Part shown: piece by piece, positions 1 through 14,540 of the stretch
Numbering within the stretch: the first letter of the stretch is position 1
Layout of the letters: each line of letters begins with the position of its first letter
Assembly (NCBI GenBank): GCA_048128005.1
Contig: JBEUKZ010000096.1
Location: 186,001 to 250,000 of the forward strand
Length of the DNA stretch: 64,000 nt
Reading direction: 5' to 3'
Origin: Veleropilina oligotropha
Taxonomy: Eukaryota
Made by a program: the position numbers and the translations under genes
Notes under the pieces: generated by a model
What the model saw: only the letters and a program-made list of their open reading frames with translations
Database searches by the model: none
Told to the model about the DNA's origin: nothing

Positions 1-2561
1 AAATAATTATAATTGTCAAATTTGACACACTGTTTATTTTATCGAAACATAAATTCATTACTTATATTTTGCTTTTTTGTCATTATAATTCAAAGATTCC
101 TATAACAGTTGATAAAGTATCGAAAACAAAATAATTGACAGAGTGTCGTCTTGGTCAATAAGTGACAAGAAATACTTCTTTCTCATAGGTCGAGAAATAA
201 AATGAGCTTCTAAAATGTTAGAGTCGTCTATGACAAACTTAATGCTAGCGAAATACCTTCTGGATTGTAGTTGGAGAGGAGCGGAATATTCGATTCCATG
301 CGGTACATTTTAAAGCCTTTACGTCAAGTATTACTCTTCTCACTATGTGTCTCTGCAAGACCGTATTCGTTATCAGTTAACACTAAACTCGATGTACTGT
401 CAATGAACGCTGCATGAGTTGTGAGTGTGATGTCCTCCCCGTCGGTTGCGTTATATACGTGCGCCAACTCGAGTGAATAGTGACTTTGACACCCGTTAGT
501 TGACTTGGCGATGTTGTTTACGCAAGAAACGAACTCACAATACACGCACACAAGATCTGAGTAATTTGCTGAATTGTTCCAGAGTTTGGCTTTCAGGGGC
601 TATTATTGATTGGATTAGCGCACGTGTCATGTCGAATTAAATCTTGAAGAAAAACAAAGACGCACAATCAAGTGTCCAAACGGGAATTGAATTGGGCCCA
701 GGTGTGAGTGTAGGAAATAAGCTATATGACTCAAGTGGGTACCGATCTGAGCCAGCCAATAGAAACAGAGATTGCAATTAACACCACACCTGGGTGAAAC
801 GACGTGGAAGTAAACAGGGCTAATTATACCCAAAACAACGAAATCGACATCAAAATAACATTATTTGGCTTCAATTGCCGAAAAATATCCGACAAAAAGT
901 TACTTACCGCGGAAAGACATCGCACATTAAACACCTGCATGACTTGAAGTATTAATGCCATGAAATGATGTAGGCACATATAATGTGTAAAAATAATATT
1001 TGGTATATTTTATTGAGTGACACTGATGAAAAAATTATATACAAGAATTTTAAAGGCAGCATTTGAAGATTTATCATGTCTGTCATCCCTTAATTATTTT
1101 ACATCGTTTTTATGGCATCACAACACGTGTATTCCGTCGACATTGGCTACATTGAATTGTTTAATAGTTAAAATTCAAAAAGGAAATAAATTTGAGTTAT
1201 ATATAATATAATTAATTTATTATATCAGACACCATTGGGGATATAATCTTTCAGTGAAGTTTCTATTTATGCCATCGAATAAACGGACTTTAATAAGAAC
1301 ACAATTTAAGACATTCATTTTGTCGTTGTGTATACCAATCGAATAGTTTTGCTCTCATTATTCGTATGTTACGTTATATGAAGCCAAAGGCGTAGGCCTA
1401 CATATAATAGAACTCGAATTAAAGAACTACGATATAAAAAATGTATAAGGTTATGTAAGCAGATATATACGGGTAAGAATTATAGATTGTCAATGTCAGT
1501 TTAGTGATTTTTGGAAACTTCATTTTTTCCCATTCGATAACATATTTTATTTATGACCTTTTAACAAATGATCACACTTTATTTGAAAGATTCGTAACGT
1601 CTACGATCTTTTCTGAAAAATGATTAAAAATAAGCAGGACCTAATCTTGGTTATTGTTTACAGATACGGATAATAACTACGAATTCATCAGTGTCATGTT
1701 GCAGGTCATTTTCAGTGAAGAGCGTCAAAGATTTATCTCGAGGACATGCCACTTCTGTTTACAGAACGGTTTCTGATTCTTCAGTAAATCATCTGAGCGC
1801 GGAAGCCATTTCCACCTTGTAATGGAGGGGTGCGACAAGGCGAGGTGCTTCCTCCTTTTGTTTTGCGTCCACGTGCGTGCCATTCTTCAGGCGATTAGCA
1901 TCTCCGTCCCCCATCAACAGTGCAACACGTTACTTCACAAGGCTGCTCCATTATAGAAGTCAATTAGCAGCGGGGTGTTGGCAGTTTAAGGTAACTGTGT
2001 CGAAAAATACACCTAAATCAATTGAATGAGATATCAAAATATTTACGTCAGTCAAATGAGCCAAGGAATGACGCCCCATTTCAGGTGTGTATAAATGCTG
2101 TTGAAAACCATAAAATAATAACAAGTTTGTTGCACACTCACTGGTCACAATCAATGAAATATTTAAATGTATTTTTGCACATTCTGAACGATCAATTAAT
2201 TAAAGGAACAACTTCAAGACGGGTAAAAATATGTGTAGATCTGAAAGTTGTGTCTGGATTTCCTCACGTGATAATACATACGAACATGCCCTGATGATGA
2301 TGACCCAGAAGGGTTTTGGAATGAGATATTAAGCATCGATTCAAAACCAAACAAATAAGAAATCATGCATGTTTTCATGCCATTTACTAGAAACATTTGA
2401 CATACGTTATATAGCATATATATGCACAAAAGTCCTAATAAATGCATATTTTTTGCAATATTGTTTCGCGAAAGTTATATACACGACCAACAAATACAAC
2501 TCGTGGGAATGTGTGTACCAATTTTGGTAAAAATTTGGCCGGTAGTTTTCACATAATCCTG

Positions 2562-2855
<294 letters not shown>

Positions 2856-2861
2856 GGACCA

Positions 2862-3665
2862 TTTAGTTTAAACAATATTTATTGGCATAAGTATACAGTA
2901 AATATAATATGTACATAATTGCATGAGAGGATCCAGCAACAAGAAGGATAACTTATTTAAAGCTGTTTCCTCTATAGTATTACTAACTATATACTATGTC
3001 ACAATATCTGGCATGTACATTAGTAAGTATGATATGTATATACATGGTTTATATATAAGTTTGAAAACATTTTAATACAGAAATTTCAGATAGAAACAGA
3101 TGGAAATTAATATGTAAATTATATATAGTTACTTTTGTAGTGATTTTCAATTAAAATATTTGTTGAGTAATCACAGGAATTGTTTGCATTGTTTATTTTG
3201 CGAAGCGTTTGCTCAAGGTAATAAAGTCTTGCACCGTTCTGAATATCTCTGAGTTGTCGGTATTTGGGAGCAAGGGGTTGCCGTATAATAGGACTTGTAT
3301 ATCAATTGGATTGGGTAGTTTGTCTATCGTAAATTTTCTGATGTTGGCATATCTGTTACATTCTAGTAGATAATGTTTAGTTGATTCAACCTCTCCGCAG
3401 ACACACCCTTCGGTTTCAGAAACATGATTATGAAACAGATCATTTTTTTAGATCACTGCATCCCAAGCGTAGACGTGTATGGTAGGTATATCTATGCTGT
3501 TCTATTTCCAAAATAATAATACTGGGGAGGTGTAACAATGTTCCTGTTAAGATATGATTTCATGTGACATATCGATGGATTTAATCTAATGTTTTCCGGG
3601 AGAATATTCCATTCTCTAACAGTCTTTGGGATAAATGAATCCTGATAATATCTTGTCCTTTTTTA
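2862..3665 (-). mobile_element. 5'-truncated CR1-group LINE (ORF2 C-terminus and 3' UTR)
   Basis: Minus strand reads YQDSFIPKTVREWNILP..., then after a frameshift YHTRLRLGCSDLKNDLF..CVCGEVESTKHYLLECNRY (CCHC knuckle)..FITLSKRFAK*, stop at 3193. AATAAA lies near the 3' end. Confidence 0.85.
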
Positions 3666-5285
3666 CAAAAAGGTCAAGACATAAAAATGCGACCAAATTG
3701 GATAAACCATACACATCTAAAATCATAAACGTTACCGGATGATGGCCAATAATGTTTCCCTGTTGTCCTCTACCTTTTATTGCTTATAATATTTTGAATT
3801 CCCTAATTTTGCATGACGCACAATGGTGTATGCATGCATTCACCAAGCACTGATGATGATAATACATGCATTGGTTAAATTGCTTCAGTTTAGCTATACG
3901 ACTACATTTTAACATTTTTCAGTCGGTTTTGTAATGCGAATGCTTATATGATTACTGGTGCTTGTCTAAACATATACATGACGATGTGCATGGTTTCAAT
4001 TTCAATTCATTTATTGGTTTCCCCAGCCGATATGAAATTATTTTTTTCCGAATTTCACATGGCTAGTGAGCCAATTGTTCCAAACCTGCCTACGGGGGAT
4101 AAACTTGTAAGAACGGATTACAATTAGCGATTATGCGCATACCACAAATCTAAGTGCACAATCCATTTGTAATTGCACGACACAATGCATATTACATAAA
4201 CGAATTAGCGGAAATTAATTAATCCCTAATTTATATTCAGACTGTGGGAATGAATCTATGACAGCACAGACTACACGTAAAGTAGCATTGTTCGTGGTCT
4301 TGACATATCGTGCCCTGTTCGATTCCGTTAGGGCAGTGCCTAATAAAATTCGATGGATTTATTACTTTCAACACAAATCATTACAGTTGGCGCCGAATGA
4401 CTATATTTAATCACACTATCTAGACTGGCGGTATTAAAGAAAATGTAATTTCATATATACTTATACAACCATAATGACTACTTTTTTATTGGAATATGCT
4501 ATTATCAATGATATAACTGCATGCACATTACTAAAGTATATGTAAAACTGAAAAATAACCGCAATCACTATTTATTTTCATGCTTCACCACAATAATGGA
4601 AGTCCTTTACGTTAAATTTTTAAATGTATAATTTACTAAGGGAATATCAGTAAATAATATATCTTTAGAACCTTATATATGGAGTTGTCATATTGGCGCA
4701 TACACTGCTGTATTTTTGTTAAAGGCGATTGTTTTTAAAAATCACAATACAGTTGTGTAGGATTAGCACCGATGTTAGCATTGACTTTGATCGAGAAGAA
4801 CGACCAATGTCAATAAAACTTTATGAAGATCACATCATCCTACTTGGACATCCGTAGAGCTATAATGGTAATTTATATACAATGCGACGATGGTATCCCA
4901 AGGGCATGTCAGACACGGTTGCTTGACATTTTGAGTAAGTTTTTTTCGCCCAAGGTCATGTCAAGTGTATTTATAGTTTCTAATAGTTTATGCAGTTTTT
5001 AAATATCAGTTTTAACCGAAAATGGTATGTTCATTTTAGCGATGTAATTAGAATATTTAATACTAAATACTAGTAATGAAATTAATGATTGAAAGTTATC
5101 TCAATTTGATAATTCATGCAATAAAATATAATCAGATCACATACTATGCGCATAACTCGCACGATTTATTGCGAAATATAATTCTTATCATTGCATGTGG
5201 ACCAATTATTTTAGTCAACATAATTATGTCACCGTTAATTTGGTTCTATTATTATTAAAATCCAAGTTCCAAATCTACTGCGTTC

Positions 5286-5595
5286 TTATAAATCATTTTA
5301 CTTACTTTTAGGTCTTTATTAAACAGTTTTTGTGTTGACATTGAACATTGTAGCATAGATTGTTCGTGGTCCTAAAGGATGATGTTATAAATCATTTTAC
5401 TTATTTTAAGGACTTTTTTGGAAACAGTTTTTAAGACTTCCCGTCCGTGTTGACATTAGGACCATGAACAATCTATTCTACGATGTTCAATGTCAACTCG
5501 GACGGAAGGTTTTAAAAACTGTCTCAAAAAAGTCCTAAAGGTAAGTACAATGTTTTATAATATCATCTTTTAGGACCATGAACAAACTCTTCTAC
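5286..5595. repeat. ~100-115 bp tandem units that switch to inverted orientation near 5457
   Basis: ttataaatcattttactt..aaacagttttt..gtgttgacatt occurs twice, followed by reverse-complement copies (aatgtcaac..aaaaactgt..gtaagtacaatg). Confidence 0.7.
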
Positions 5596-5899
5596 AAAAG
5601 TGCGTTCTTGTTCACAGAAATAAATACACCCGTTTACCGATACTGATAAACCATGATGTCTCTTGACTACAAGCTTTTTACGTGTCAAAATGGAAAATTT
5701 CGTCTTTATTTCAAGAAATCTTGCATGTGGTCAAATTATCTGGTGTGTAAATGTTTGCTATATTACATATCCGCAACTTATCGATAATTGAAATAACTAT
5801 AATAGTATCCGAAAATTCTTCAATTCGCGGATGTTTGTATTTTGCTATGATTTTACCATTATTTGGGCCTTTAAATTATTGCAACATGATGTTCATGGA

Positions 5900-5990
5900 C
5901 CGGGGTTTCCTCCCGCGATAACACGGACATGTCCTGCCTTGAACCTCGATGTTGTAAATATACAGGACATTAAGCATCGTTCCTCCCTCC
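5900..5990 (+). mobile_element. 3' half of tRNA-SINE family A
   Basis: ggggtttcctcccgcgataacacggacatgtcctgccttgaacc...caggacattaagcatcg matches the copy at 56866-57137. Confidence 0.75.
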
Positions 5991-6267
5991 ATGTTCTTGG
6001 TGGTATAGGCCTACCGTGATACAAACCGGATAAAAAACCCGTGATATACCGTGGTACTAAAAAAAAAGTTCGTGGTATCCAACACTAATTGCAAATTTAC
6101 CTAAGTGTGAACATCTATGAGCGAAGGTATTGCTATTGAATCGGTATGAATGGGCGAGACTGTTTCTCGTTATCCACTTGTTCGATTTCCAAAACGGGGT
6201 ACCTCATGCACTAAATTTGGAAATATTAAAAATATCACAATCCGGATCGAGATCCGGACTTTATATT

Positions 6268-6580
6268 AATAATAATAATTGCCCCTTCTTATATAGCGCA
6301 TTTAACAGTTGAATCAACCGTCTCATTGCGCTTGACATTTTTACATTACCCCTGGTTATGGGCCTTATTCCATTCGATATGCCATCTCAACTCCCTCTGG
6401 GAGCATTACAGTCAATTACACGCTGGTAGCGCCGTGACTTACATAACTGCCAACCAGGTACCCATTTTAGATCGGCTGGGTGGACCGAGGCAAATATATG
6501 CTTATTTCCTTGCCCAAGTGAAATCGCCGAGCTTTGGGGGCGAACTCGAGACTCTGTGAACAACCCACTGAGCCACGACG
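6268..6580 (-). mobile_element. SINE with Deu/Nin-like central domain (family B)
   Basis: CCAGGTACCCATTTT..GCTGGGTGGACCGAGGCA resembles the reverse complement of the Deu/Nin core. It has a GCGCTATATAAG 3' end and (ATT)n tail, and a second copy lies at 58880-59105. Confidence 0.75.
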
Positions 6581-6989
6581 TCAAAGTAAGATCTGATCAG
6601 CGAGGCGAGGGTTTGCAATATCTTTGATGTAGCATACCCCTGTCCAGACTCTCACTGGAGTTCCAGTGAACTGAAGGCTGTTTTTACATCGGGTGTATTC
6701 TGGACTAGTCCAGTTTAGGCACAGGGCAAGGCCGCCGCTCTTACGTCAGTCCACCATCCGGTTGAACTGTCGACCTAAGAGACGGCGCGATTCACCTTCC
6801 GCCATCCGATCATCTCCGGGCTCCCACGACGATACGATATACTTGGAGGGGGTATAATCCGGACTACTAGTACAGTATATATATACCCGGATAAATTACG
6901 ATATGTTGCTCGGGGCGTTATGCCTGATATCACTCGGGGATAGCAGTGATTTATCTACTACAAAACGATATGTTATTGTTATCTGACTA

Positions 6990-9470
6990 TCGATCCGATG
7001 ATATCGTCAGTTCCGTCTTCGTTCATGCGCCCGGTTGTGGCTGACCAGCCCAAGCATGGATATTGTCGTCACCGGAATAACGCAGCGGTTGATTCATATC
7101 CTGAGCCTTTCTGTGCTCTCTAGCATCGGTGATTCTTTCCCGCCGGCTCGCAGGAGGTGAATGCTATGTGAGTCAGGGTACGCCAGTTTGTTCTCTATCC
7201 TCGGTACATGATTCCAGATGTTGCGGGTATGGCACAGTGTTTCAGGCTGTCTTTGATACAGTCTTTAATTGAAGCGCTTCTTTAGACGGCCTGTCTTTTC
7301 TGTAGCCTTATGAGAGTACCTCGTAGGCCTATGGTATCTGGCATGACAGGCGGGATCTGTCCATACGGAGTTTGACGTTCACAATCATGGCCTCAATTCT
7401 GCCATGGCCAGTTCTGTCCAGAACCTTCAAGATCGTAACTTTATCCTGTCATTTCATCCCTAAGATTGATCGACGACTTTTGTGTGGAAACGGTCAAGCT
7501 GGTTGTGTTGCGATAGAGCATCCAGGCTTCTTAGCTACATGAGACAAGACTGACTTTCGAACTTTGACCTTGGTTGCCAGATTAAAGTAATGGTTCATCA
7601 CACGTGAGCGAAGGCGACCTAGAGATTTGACTTGCTGTGCTGATTCATGCGGCTCAAGCCCCTTTTCCAGGTTGCAAGAATTGATATAATGATCGGTTCC
7701 TACCCGCGCGACAAACGCTCAAAATTGATATCACGCAATCATCTATTACCTTTTCCATAGCCGTGGTTTACGAGACACGGCATGCGGGACACTTGCGGCA
7801 GAAATCGCTCTGGAAGCGATTTTGCCGCCTGCCGCGAGCTTGCTGAACAAGATGGCTTCATCGAAGCATCTTCATCAAACATTATTACTGCAATATTAAT
7901 ATAAGTGGAAGAGGAACTGAACTGTAAAGATATGATTTTGGCACCAGAGCAGGAAGCATCGCATTTGGGTACATGAGATCATAAAACGCATGTATATGTA
8001 GAATTTGCACAATATCTGAATTTAATCCCGTCGACTTGGCTGATTATCACCAAATATCGTTCTCAACAGATATATTGTGCGATTTCAACATAATATTGTA
8101 AAATAATTAGTCACACACTACAAACAAAGGCTCTACGACTAGACTGTGAAAGTCTACATTTTACATCATTTATTATATTGATTTATTACCGGTATATATT
8201 ATATACCACTAGCCGCGCGGTAGGAATCGCGCATATGGAAAACGGCGTTAACTCCTCGTCGAGAGAACATCGAAATAGATCGCGCTCCCCAGATATTTAA
8301 AGTTGTCAAGGACGTTCAGTTGGATGCCCTCTTTGCGAACATCGAGAGGAGGTGGTGTGGATCCAAGAACGGGTTGGTTGAGGATCTGTCCGTCTTACTG
8401 AGATTGATTGTAAGCCAAAAGAGCTGACACAGCTTCCGCAAATCTGCTGACGATAGCTTGGATATCATACTATTTGTGTGCCATTAGAACACAGTGATCA
8501 GTAAACAGGGTTTCAAACAGAAGTCGTTGTTGCGTTTCAGTCTACCAAGATCGAAGAGAGAGACGTTCAGTCTGCACTTTAGGTAAACCTCTGTTTCACG
8601 CATGAAGAACAGATTGAATATTACTGGAGCAAGCAAACAACCTTGCTTCACACCATTAGAGTTTGATAAATTTATGGGCAGTCGAGATTTGCAAGGATGG
8701 TCAAGTGGCCTTACTGCTCTCTGTATGACCCCTCTGTGGGGTAGATGAAGAAAGTGTAATGATCCATATTTTTGTCGATGCATTTTCTTGAAGACTATAT
8801 AGCAATGATGCTGCTGCCTGGCCTGAAGCCACACTGAGATTCTGGCGGCGATTTATCTGAAATGGTGTTGATCAGGTCATGATCTTGCCCTCGTTGGCTA
8901 GCAGGGATATACCACGGTAGTTGCTCCAGTCTGCTTTGTTGCCTCTGATCTTGAAGAGGGAGACAGATGACAATGGTATCTCTGATGTCCTGTGGCATGA
9001 TCTCTTCATCTCAAATGCTGAAAAAGATGCTGTGGAAAGCATCGAGAGTCGGACTTTCTGCTTTCGAAAGTTCAGCAGGAATGCCACCCGTACCGGATAC
9101 TTTTCTGGAGCTGGTCTGCTTGATGGCTTTCTTGATATCATCTATTTTAGGAGGAAGGTCAAGGTCGTCTGCTCGATCATATTTAGGACCACAAAGGCCA
9201 CAGTTGGAGGCCTGCGGATAATTGTTCTTTTCAGAGTTCAATGATGCTTCCTTTGGCTTCGAACAGGTCGGCGCCGTCAGCTGCAAGCAGTGGCGTAGTA
9301 TTGGAACTGTGTGGGCCATACACATCGTTTAGTGAGCTGAATAACTCCTTCGACTTATTTTAATCAGCGTACTACTGCTGGACCTCCTTTGCGATCATAC
9401 CAGCTGTATTGCGTACCTTTGACAAACGACTCTCTTCAATCCAGATACTTTTATGACTGAAGCCCAGCGT
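6990..9470 (-). mobile_element. Degraded RTE-clade LINE (RT and C-terminal region), interrupted at ~7690-8245
   Basis: Frameshifted motifs: KVSGTGGIPAE, WSNYRGISLLANEGKI, PESQCGFRPG, NGVKQGCLLAPVIFNLFF, NFKYLGS, LGRLRSRV. Confidence 0.88.
7686..8245. mobile_element. Unclassified non-autonomous insertion within the RTE
   Basis: Splits collinear RTE coding sequence. Subterminal inverted repeat TTCCTAC(C)CGCGCG / CGCGCGGTAGGAA and an internal GC hairpin at 7795-7830. Confidence 0.55.
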
Positions 9471-9482
9471 CTCACCAATAAT

Positions 9483-9732
9483 TAAGGGCAAGCAATAACT
9501 GTATTCATCATCAACTCAATCAGGAGGCGATGATAATCACATGGTATATCCAGAACTGTCAGGGTCGTACCAGGATATGACCATATTATCCTGGAGGATA
9601 CATTCACTGGCCAGTCATGGACAATTGTGAATTTTAATTGTACAAAGTGCCCAGTCAAGGACTCGAACCCTCTCCTTTTAAGTGAGTGAATTGGGAGCCA
9701 CCATTTCATCCACTACACCAATGGTGCAGCCA
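9483..9732 (-). mobile_element. Diverged tRNA-SINE (family A-related)
   Basis: B-box-like ggactcgaaccc and A-box-like ccactacacca on the reverse strand; similar to 33546-33702. Confidence 0.55.
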
Positions 9733-10654
9733 GAGACAAGGAAACATTCATTTTTCTAAAATTATTTTATTTTTTATACTCGACTCTTTTGTTCACTCTA
9801 CCACATACATAAACAAAATACGCCTGCATGTTCTCAGTTAGTATTGATAAATAAATATATTCTCAGCTTTAACCAAGCACTGATAGGAAACAGCCTCAAC
9901 ATGAATTATAAAAACTAAAACGATGTTAACTTGGATTCAATGCGAGAAAGAATGAGAAGTAAAACCGTCAAATAAAGAATGACATGACTGACACAAACTA
10001 CGGGGAATGAACATATATACACCAAGTTTCCCCAGCACGAAAAAATAATGAGGGATGTTTTCACCAGGTTCATCATCAATGCATACTAAAGAAAGTCGGA
10101 AATAGTGATATATTATTATATATTGGTACGGTATTAATAATTGATATAATATGTATCTCTACTAAATATATTCAGAGCGATGAAATAGTTCATTTTCCGG
10201 CCTTGCCAACAAGACTTTACCACATATTTTCGAAATTCGACAGGCTCATGCTTTAAATAAAATATACGAAAATGTGAAAAAATAATGTACTGTTGATGGG
10301 ACCGTTACGAGCGATATATAGAGTAAAAATGTACGTTTCCTTCACTTCACACTATCAAATTGAAACCGATGTTGTTTATAATACATGATAGAGAGTAATG
10401 TTCATATTTCATATCATGTTTTCAAACTACAAAATAACGCACTCAGCGATATAGAGTGCTGGACATCCGATAGTTTACAAAAACATTTGTGTTAAGTTGG
10501 TTAACCCAACAATTGGTCAAAATTACAGAAACCAATGACATTGCATTAATCGCATACCAGACTGCTATTATATGGATAAACAATAAATTATGTTATTTTT
10601 CATGACACACCCTATGTAGAATAATAAATGACAACAATTTACACCCATCATATA

Positions 10655-11511
10655 TACTGAACATAAGGAACTTCCGCTAAGTTTGCTTGAATTATGGCCA
10701 TAGGTTAACAGAAAATATGAGAAATTTTGACCAAGTGAGGTAGGGGTTAAAACCAAAAATAACACTTAATAACGGGTATGACCACCTCAGGACTTTTAGC
10801 GGACCAGTCATCAATGAAATCAATGTTATACGTCCTAAGAAAATTTACAGTGTCTCCAGCTGTATGAGATGTGGTGTTATCATGCTGAAAATTAGAGATG
10901 TTGGCGTTGTTCTGGAACAGAGGAATGACGCGATGGGTGAGAATGTCATCGCGGTCACGGTAACGTGGAGCATTTAAATTGCCATCAATGACGACTAGTG
11001 GCGAACGATAACACCATGGGCAGTGGCTGCCCAAACCATGACAGAACCCCCACCCCCGAAACGATTTCGTTCAAGACCACAACAGTCAGCATAGCGTTAA
11101 TTTCTCCTACGGTAGACTCACACTCTGCCATCACCACGTTGTAAAGAAAATCTGGATTCATCCGAAAAAGAACGGTATTCCAACGTTGTCGTGTCCAACA
11201 ACTGTGTACACGTGCCCAAATAAGACGATGACGTTGCGTTAAAACGCATCTGACTTTATGATGCACTGCAGTGGTCAATTCAAGAGGTGGCCCTACCCGT
11301 TATTAAGTGTTATTTTTGGTTTTAACACCCTACCTCACTTGGTCAAAATTTCTCGCATTTTCTGTTAACCTATGGCCATAATGTTTTCATCAAACGATGC
11401 ATCATGGAACACTCTTTAAACGGATATATAACAACGATTCCCCCGGTTATGTTTTCATCCAGCTATATATGTTCAAGCAAACTTAGCGGAAGTTTCTTAT
11501 TTTGTTGAGTA
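10655..11511 (-). mobile_element. Internally deleted Tc1-like element
   Basis: TA TSDs, long inverted repeats (10655-10788 vs 11284-11511), and a transposase remnant WNTVLF.DESRF..GGGSVMVWA..IDGNLNAPRY..FQHDN..HTA..DWSAKSP with stops and frameshifts. Confidence 0.92.
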
Positions 11512-12149
11512 TATTATTACTATACAAATTCCCTTGAATTCCAACATCAAAAAGGTAACACTATACACAGGTTTAGTCATTCCAAGTTTTCCTACTGTCC
11601 ACGCGCACCGTCAACAAAAGAGACCAGCTCCTTGTTACATTCTGTACAGGTTGGGTCCGGTAAATAAACCGTTCAATTATATACAGTATGCTACACAGCA
11701 TGGAAGCCAAAATCTATCATAATAATTACAGCATGATCATGATTACTGTGGTACAACATGAATTAAAGCTACCATGAAACATACATATATCATCTAATTA
11801 CAGCAGGAAAGACAGGATTAAAATGAAACTCCCTACGGGATGTACCATTTCGTCATGAGGCACTGGTATCATTGACAAAAGTAAACTTATTGCGCTTGTA
11901 TTTTTTAAGGATTCATGGTTTTTACCTTGATCAATGTTGTTGTCGCCATGTTAAGAGTCTTGAAAACCTCAAAACTGAAGCAGACTCATGCAAATTGGAT
12001 TATCCCTGTGCACCAGGAAGTATATCAATGCAAGCATTTTATAACAAATGGTTTTACCATTTGATAATAAAATCTTGTTTTTGTAACACTGACTTGCAAT
12101 TGAATCAAATAGGCACCAAACATAATTAGCGCAGGCTCATTACTTGACA

Positions 12150-12982
12150 TTTTTTTTTTTTTGGTCAAGTATGTTGGTCTGCTTCGTCTGTTTGTGTGTT
12201 TGTTTGTCTGTAAGCACTCTAGCGGTCACAATTTTCGACGTATCGATTTATAATTTAACCAAAAGGTGTACATTTGTAGCAGGTCGAGTTGATTAGTTTT
12301 TGGTGATTTTTCAGACGTTAATTAACAAGATATTACGTCATTGGCTTAAATCGATTTTTGTCTCTAGCGCAGAAACTATTTGTCGTAGAAACTTCCGGTC
12401 GCCACCATCTTGTTCCCTAAATATATCCGCATCGGATGGTATGCGTCTCTACCATAAGCGCTTCGTAGATGTTGCGTTATGACATAATGAACATATTTGA
12501 AAGGAAATTTTGAGAAAATGGGATAACTCTAGTCACCTTGTGATTAGAATTGGTCAGGTTTTCAACGTATAAGTTTGTAATATTACCAAATGGTATAAAT
12601 TTGTAACAGGTTTAGTTGATTAGTTTTTTGTGATTTTCCAGACGTTAATTAACAAGATATTACGTCAATTCCATAAATCGTTTTTTGTCTCTAACAAAAA
12701 AACTATTTGTTGCAGAGACTTCGGTTGCCGCCATTTTGTTCCCAAAATAAATCTGCATCAGATGGTATGCATATTTATTTTAAGAGTATCGTAGATGTTT
12801 CTCTATGACGTAATGATCATCCTTGGAAGCAACTTGGAGAAAGTGGGATAACTCTTGTCGCCTTATGAATAAACTGGTCACGTTTCATTGTGACTTTCTG
12901 GAAGCAGTGCTGATGGCGAAGTAACGTGCCTTATCTATCACATGCTGCGAGCGGCCAGTTGTCATGTTTTTGTTATCTTGAC
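12150..12982 (+). mobile_element. Helentron/DINE-1-like non-autonomous element with ~330 bp internal duplication
   Basis: T-run start, GTTT/GTCT microsatellite, two diverged units (~12225-12555 and 12555-12885), and an ACTAGTT 3' end. Confidence 0.6.
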
Positions 12983-14317
12983 CAGGAGACCCGAGACTAG
13001 TTGACTATTAATGAGTTAATAGACTTTGTGAAACTGGCATGGGATATATTACACCAGACTGCAGTGCTAAACAGAGTCGGCAAGACCCTTAAACATATAC
13101 AAATAATGACAATGACAACATGGTGCTAAACAGAGTAGGCCCCTACACGTATCCTAATAATTACAATGTCGATGTAATAATATCTTATATCCGTGTAATG
13201 CTCTGAATATTGAAAACATCCAATTGATACATTGATAAAATGTTTTATTGTGTTGTATGTCAAATTTTGCCAAGCGTCGCTCTCAGAGCGATCTAGTGAT
13301 TATATATATATATATCTACAGTCGACATATGTAATTATGTATTTATTTAAACATCTATAAGTGTACACCATATGATAAAAGTAAAGCATTTCATATTGTT
13401 TTAATTACCATTATCATTATATGTGAAGGCAGTGACATGCAAAGATCAAGTAGATATTAAGCCTTTCCAATATGGCAGTTCTCAGATTTCTGGAATAAAT
13501 ACAGACTGGGTGCCGAATATTTCGTTGGGACTTTAAATTCGAGGTTTAGACAACGCACGAAAATTGTTACCCCACGAATATGAATGATTCTACAGTAAGC
13601 GAACATAGCTATCAGAATTTAGGTTTTTCTTAACAAGAAATAGTAGCTGTTTTGCTGTTCAATATTATCGACTGATAATGATCACCAAGAGTTATTCCCC
13701 TTCACAGTCGTCTAATATGAAGCCACGACTGTGTCTACGACCAGCCACCACATTGGAAGCAGCATTGTGGCCATGGCTGGGTGTCAACGACCTGCCTTCC
13801 ACATAACTTACTTTATAAATTATCTAATATTGATTAGATTATGTAGGAAATAATGACCATGCAAATAAATTCTTTAAAAAGTTATTTCTTTAACCAATCC
13901 TGATATAACTGCAATATATTTATCTTATATTATACATTACAACGAAGAATGAACAGGGGACGTTTTTTCGATACAAGAAATGTATCTGCGTCGATAGTTA
14001 AAACTACGTAAATTCACGAAACACAACATCCACACCTCACAAGTTATACTTACATATATACACAAAGTATATACATTTATGTACACTGATATAATATACA
14101 AAAATAGCACATATTGGAAATAATTACCCATATACAATGCACATATTATTTAAAACCTAACATACCTTTGGTATAGTACACATTTCAAAGCAGTCAGTAG
14201 TATTACATGAATATATTGCAGAGCCATATCTTATAATTCTGCCAGTCAAGTTCATCGTCCCGAGAATCTTACATGTACCAAGTTGTCGTTTGTCGTTATC
14301 CAGCATTAGTAGATATG

Positions 14318-14540
14318 AAAGGAAAGGATCGATGGTTAATGTCCTGTATATTTCTAACCATCATTTGCCCGGGGAAACCTACCCTCTCTGACCAGTTACG
14401 GATAACTGTGATTCATAACTTGAACATATGTGTGATGTCCCAACAGAGCTTCGTACCCACTACTGTTCGTATCAGCGGAATCAAGCCAGTGATTTTTCCG
14501 AGTCCACAACCGAAACAACACGACTGTCGGAGCGGCGTGT
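14318..14540 (-). mobile_element. tRNA-SINE family A copy downstream of the SNRK stop (possibly in the 3' UTR)
   Basis: Shares gtcctgtatatttctaacc, tcataacttgaaca and agcggaatcaagccagtga with the other copies. Confidence 0.75.

Noticed and set aside
255..600. Possible minus-strand exon with a faint Ig-like look (DGEDITLT, KCTAWN)
   Set aside because: The motifs are in different frames with stops, and no supported splice structure was found.
1660..1960. GC-richer patch after an acceptor-like tttacag; LMGDGD on the minus strand
   Set aside because: Short frames with stops; cannot distinguish an exon from a transposase relic.
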